Both the position numbers and the translations under genes were made by a program. From a virus (lineage: Duplodnaviria > Heunggongvirae > Uroviricota > Caudoviricetes), in the IMG/VR virus record IMGVR_UViG_2602041669_000011: a stretch of 55,530 nt of DNA; one strand, written 5' to 3'. Of the stretch, positions 52,742 through 55,530 are shown piece by piece. Below the pieces are notes generated by a model that was not told the DNA's origin, made no database searches, and worked only from the letters and a program-made list of their open reading frames with translations. Every line of letters starts with the position of its first letter. Positions within the stretch are counted from its first letter, which is position 1.

Positions 52742-52780
52742 GTCTTCCTCCTGAAGAAAAATTATCAATGAAGTCCTTTG

Positions 52781-53569
52781 TTACCGTGCCGCTTTGTTTA
52801 ATTCATCAAGAACAGAATCAGGAACCAAAGCGGCGACTGCGCTGGCTGTGCTGGCCTTATTTGCTGATGCTTCCGCAAGCGCGGTACCGATAGCATGGTT
52901 ATAAGCAGTTATGGCTACGTTGGCGCTTTCATTCGCTCGTTCATACTGCTGTTGTAACGCAGTTGTGGGTGCTGTTGTCTGGTTGAAAACAACCCCAAAC
53001 TGTTCAGTTGCTACTTTCAGAGATTCAATTTGCTCTTCTGTTAGTGCTGGTGGGGGAGTGGCAGTGCCGCCGCCTGAACCAGAGCCTGACGAGCTTTCTG
53101 AGCCAGTGTTAAGGGCCTGGTTAATCTCCCCCATTGCAGCGACTAAACTTGATGTATTAAGCGCGTTAACAGCGTCCTCAAGCGATTTAGTAATATTCAC
53201 ATCACCAATGGCAATAGAGATCGGCAGTTCTGAAACTTCTCGCTCATTAGCACGGCAGTAAACATCCCAACCAATATCGAGTTGAAGCAGCATTGACAGA
53301 TCTGCATAACCAGCCAACAGGTCCGCGTGCTTAGTTGCCAGTTCTCCAATGTTCGTTAAGCCGGTTGTGGTTGTTCTGATCGTTGAAACATAGCTGGTAA
53401 TAGTGTCGGGATAGACAATTGTATCCAGAATTAATCCGGTCAATTCTTCTGCAAGCAGTTTTGCTGTGTTAGCACTGTTTCGTGCCGATGTTATGGCACC
53501 AGGTGTTTTCATCCCACCGGCGGCGGCCAATTTTTTATATGCGGATAACTGGTAGTCTTTTTCCAGCAT
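52781..53569 (-). CDS. Hypothetical protein with Ser/Gly-rich linker (262 aa)
   Basis: ORF 52781-53626; start at MLEKDYQ (53569) avoids overlap with the upstream gene. Confidence 0.45.
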   Translation of the reverse strand: MLEKDYQLSAYKKLAAAGGMKTPGAITSARNSANTAKLLAEELTGLILDTIVYPDTITSYVSTIRTTTTGLTNIGELATKHADLLAGYADLSMLLQLDIGWDVYCRANEREVSELPISIAIGDVNITKSLEDAVNALNTSSLVAAMGEINQALNTGSESSSGSGSGGGTATPPPALTEEQIESLKVATEQFGVVFNQTTAPTTALQQQYERANESANVAITAYNHAIGTALAEASANKASTASAVAALVPDSVLDELNKAAR

Positions 53570-53577
53570 GATATCTC

Positions 53578-53862
53578 CTAACTTACCTGAACCAGGCCGT
53601 CTCCGGACGCTACGGTAGATCCGCATGAAACAGGGTCACCAACGCATACGATCCCTTTACCATTGACGGTAAACCATGCCCTGGTTGATATAGCTTGCCC
53701 ACCGTGCGTACTGTTTCCATCGGTATGCTGTGCATATTGCTTACCATCAACTAACACTTCGACTCCGTTGACTTTAAGTAGTGGTTCACTCTCTACAGGA
53801 GGCCTGGATGGGAATCCTCCGTGCCCCGAACAAATGCTGTCTTTTGTTGCAATGCTTGCCAC
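53578..53862 (-). CDS. PAAR-like small protein (94 aa)
   Basis: Gly/His-rich pattern (SICSGHGGF ... VNGKGIVCVGDPVSCGSTVASG) resembling PAAR tail-spike tip proteins. Confidence 0.45.
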   Translation of the reverse strand: MASIATKDSICSGHGGFPSRPPVESEPLLKVNGVEVLVDGKQYAQHTDGNSTHGGQAISTRAWFTVNGKGIVCVGDPVSCGSTVASGDGLVQVS

Positions 53863-53943
53863 GCCATCACCAATTATTTGCTCTGATTTTCGTTATTTTA
53901 ACTTAGGTTATTTGTGGTCTGTATGGCGTTTACTTATCGCAAA

Positions 53944-53960
53944 ATTGCTCTAATAAATAT
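53944..53960 (+). promoter_or_regulatory. C1 operator-like box (ATTGCTCTAATAAATAT)
   Basis: 16/17 match to the consensus; about 70 bp upstream of the small ORF and rdgC homologue. Confidence 0.5.
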
Positions 53961-54031
53961 TGTTTTTTATGTCGTATTTTCGGTACCATTCAGCCATCGC
54001 CCTTCAATGGGCATTTGTTTGGAGTCGTCAG

Positions 54032-54316
54032 ATGCAGATGGAGCTAATAAGCCGCAAAGAGTTCGATAGCCGTGTAACCAGCGGTGAACTCGACAACTTG
54101 CAGGCTATCAAGGTGAAAGAAGGCTTTTGCCTCATTGGGAATCAGAGCGGAATAAATCGCGTTTTTATGCTTCGCCGTACGGATTTGAAGCCATTTGTCT
54201 GGAAGAACGAAATTGGTCCCAGCTCATACGCTCAAACGAGGGGGTGCCACAACCTGGCCTTTTTCTACAAAGACGAGCTTTCTGTGGTTGATATTCAAGG
54301 GTTACAACATGTTTAA
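54032..54316 (+). CDS. Small protein upstream of the rdgC homologue (94 aa)
   Basis: ATG at 54032 with GGAG RBS; stop overlaps the hrdC start. Confidence 0.4.
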   Translation: MQMELISRKEFDSRVTSGELDNLQAIKVKEGFCLIGNQSGINRVFMLRRTDLKPFVWKNEIGPSSYAQTRGCHNLAFFYKDELSVVDIQGLQHV

Positions 54317-55214
54317 GCACTGGAAAAACATTACTATTTATAAACTTTCTCGTGAGGCGGATCTGACCGACTTAGAAGATAAAAAGAAAATGATCCTTTT
54401 CACGCCATGCGGTAGTCAGGATATGGCCAAGTTCGGTTTTGTATCGCCATTTGGTGATAATTCTGAAGTTATCGCTATGCATGGAAATGGTTTTATCCTT
54501 GTTGAAGCAAAGCGCGAAACAAAAATTCTTCCCCCGCCGGTTATCCAGCGAGCTATTCAAGAAAAAATTGAAAAACTTGAGCAAGAACAAGCGCGTAAAC
54601 TGAAGAAAACAGAGAAGGACTCCCTGAAAGACGAAGTTCTGCATTCTCTTCTGCCACGGGCTTTTTCAAAGTTTTCTGTTATCCAGGCGATCTACGACGG
54701 TTCAACTAAACGTATCTATATCAATGCCAGCGCGCGGCAGGCAGAGGATATGCTCGCGCTTATGCGTAAGTCTCTGGGTTCTCTTCCTGCTGTTCCCCTG
54801 AGTGTTGAAAATCCCATTGAATTAACGCTGACCGACTGGGTACGTGATGGTAGTGCTCCACAGGGATTTCAAATGGGGGATGCGGCAGAACTTAAGGCAG
54901 TGCTTGAGGATGGCGGTATTGCCCGAGTGAAAAAGCAGGATTTGGGAAGCGATGAAATTTCCACACACCTGGAAGCTGGCAAGCTCGTCACTAAGTTGGC
55001 ACTCGACTGGCAGAACCGCATTAAATTTACACTGGACCATAACTTCAGCCTTACCAGCGTCAAATTTGCGGATGAATTGCTTGAGCAGAACTCTGATATT
55101 GATAGTGAAGATGTTGCGCAGCGACTGGACGCAGATTTCTTCCTGTTGACCAGTGAAATTTCGTGCCTGGTTGATGCTCTGGTAAATGCCCTTGGCGGAG
55201 AGGCTAAGCAGTGA
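54309..55214 (+). CDS. hrdC: RdgC-like recombination-associated protein (302 aa)
   Basis: From MFKHWKN: blocks [50 protein letters not shown] and C-terminal GGEAKQ align with E. coli RdgC as I recall it. Confidence 0.85.
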   Translation: MFKHWKNITIYKLSREADLTDLEDKKKMILFTPCGSQDMAKFGFVSPFGDNSEVIAMHGNGFILVEAKRETKILPPPVIQRAIQEKIEKLEQEQARKLKKTEKDSLKDEVLHSLLPRAFSKFSVIQAIYDGSTKRIYINASARQAEDMLALMRKSLGSLPAVPLSVENPIELTLTDWVRDGSAPQGFQMGDAAELKAVLEDGGIARVKKQDLGSDEISTHLEAGKLVTKLALDWQNRIKFTLDHNFSLTSVKFADELLEQNSDIDSEDVAQRLDADFFLLTSEISCLVDALVNALGGEAKQ

Positions 55215-55237
55215 AAGAGCTGTGTTATGGATCTGTT

Positions 55238-55530
55238 TGAACCGCCCCGGGTTTCCTGGAGAGTGTTTTATCTGTGAACTCAGGCTGCCAGATCATCGTT
55301 TCCGATGGAAGCATAATAAGCTTTTTCTGCTTCTGCCGGAGGAGTATGGCCCAGCCTTCCCAGCAATCGTCGATTGTTATACCAGTCCACCCACGTTAGT
55401 GTGGCCAGTTCCACTTCTGCACGGTTTTTCCAGCTCTTACGGTGTATTACCTCCGCTTTGTAAAGACCATTGATGCTCTCAGCCATCGCGTTGTCATACG
55501 AGTCGCCTGTACTCCCTGTTGATGCCAGTA
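55238..55530 (-). mobile_element. IS629-like (IS3 family) element, partial; right terminal repeat at 55238, body continues past the window end
   Basis: Terminal sequence TGAACCGCCCCGGGTTTCCTGGAGAGTG... and an OrfB C-terminus (...LYKAEVIHRKSWKNRAEVELATLTWVDWYNNRRLLGRLGHTPPAEAEKAYYA...) matching IS629 from memory. Confidence 0.8.
55280..55530 (-). CDS. IS3-family transposase OrfB, C-terminal part (N-terminus outside the window)
   Basis: ORF open to the window edge on the minus strand; DDE-transposase C-terminal sequence. Confidence 0.8.
   Translation of the reverse strand, partial: LASTGSTGDSYDNAMAESINGLYKAEVIHRKSWKNRAEVELATLTWVDWYNNRRLLGRLGHTPPAEAEKAYYASIGNDDLAA

Noticed and set aside
54195-54308. 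N-terminal extension of the rdgC homologue (339-aa version)
   Set aside because: RdgC-type proteins are about 300 aa and the homology begins at MFKHWKN (54309); the upstream frame overlaps the preceding small gene.

Overview
This 55.5-kb window reads as one contiguous segment of a P1-like temperate myovirus / phage-plasmid from an enterobacterial host. Gene names follow my recollection of phage P1 and rest on protein length, motifs and gene order only; no database search was possible, and symbols are left empty where I did not recognise the protein. Left to right: a 5'-truncated KilAC antirepressor-like gene; lxc/ulx-like genes; the giant anti-restriction gene darB; portal and head protease; SAR endolysin; ssb; two poorly characterised genes, one ending in a DUF2829-like domain; the dar/ddr virion anti-restriction operon; lydA/lydB holin-antiholin; an AT-rich cargo segment with a hexapeptide acetyltransferase where P1 carries cin and the invertible C segment; tail fibre (U, S, R), baseplate and Sit genes; a second AT-rich island of three membrane/secreted proteins; immI (c4 RNA, icd, ant); kilA-repL; tail, sheath and major capsid genes; parS-parB-parA; an inserted T5orf172/GIY-YIG-like gene; the plasmid replicon (incA, repA, incC/oriR); an overlapped spanin pair; a PAAR-like protein; an rdgC homologue; and the end of an IS629-like element. 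Five copies of a 17-bp C1-operator-like box are present. The best candidates for undescribed biology are the three-gene AT-rich island (34.8-36.6 kb), the acetyltransferase cargo beside the tail fibre, the DUF2829-like protein next to the dar genes, and the GIY-YIG-like gene wedged between incA and parA.
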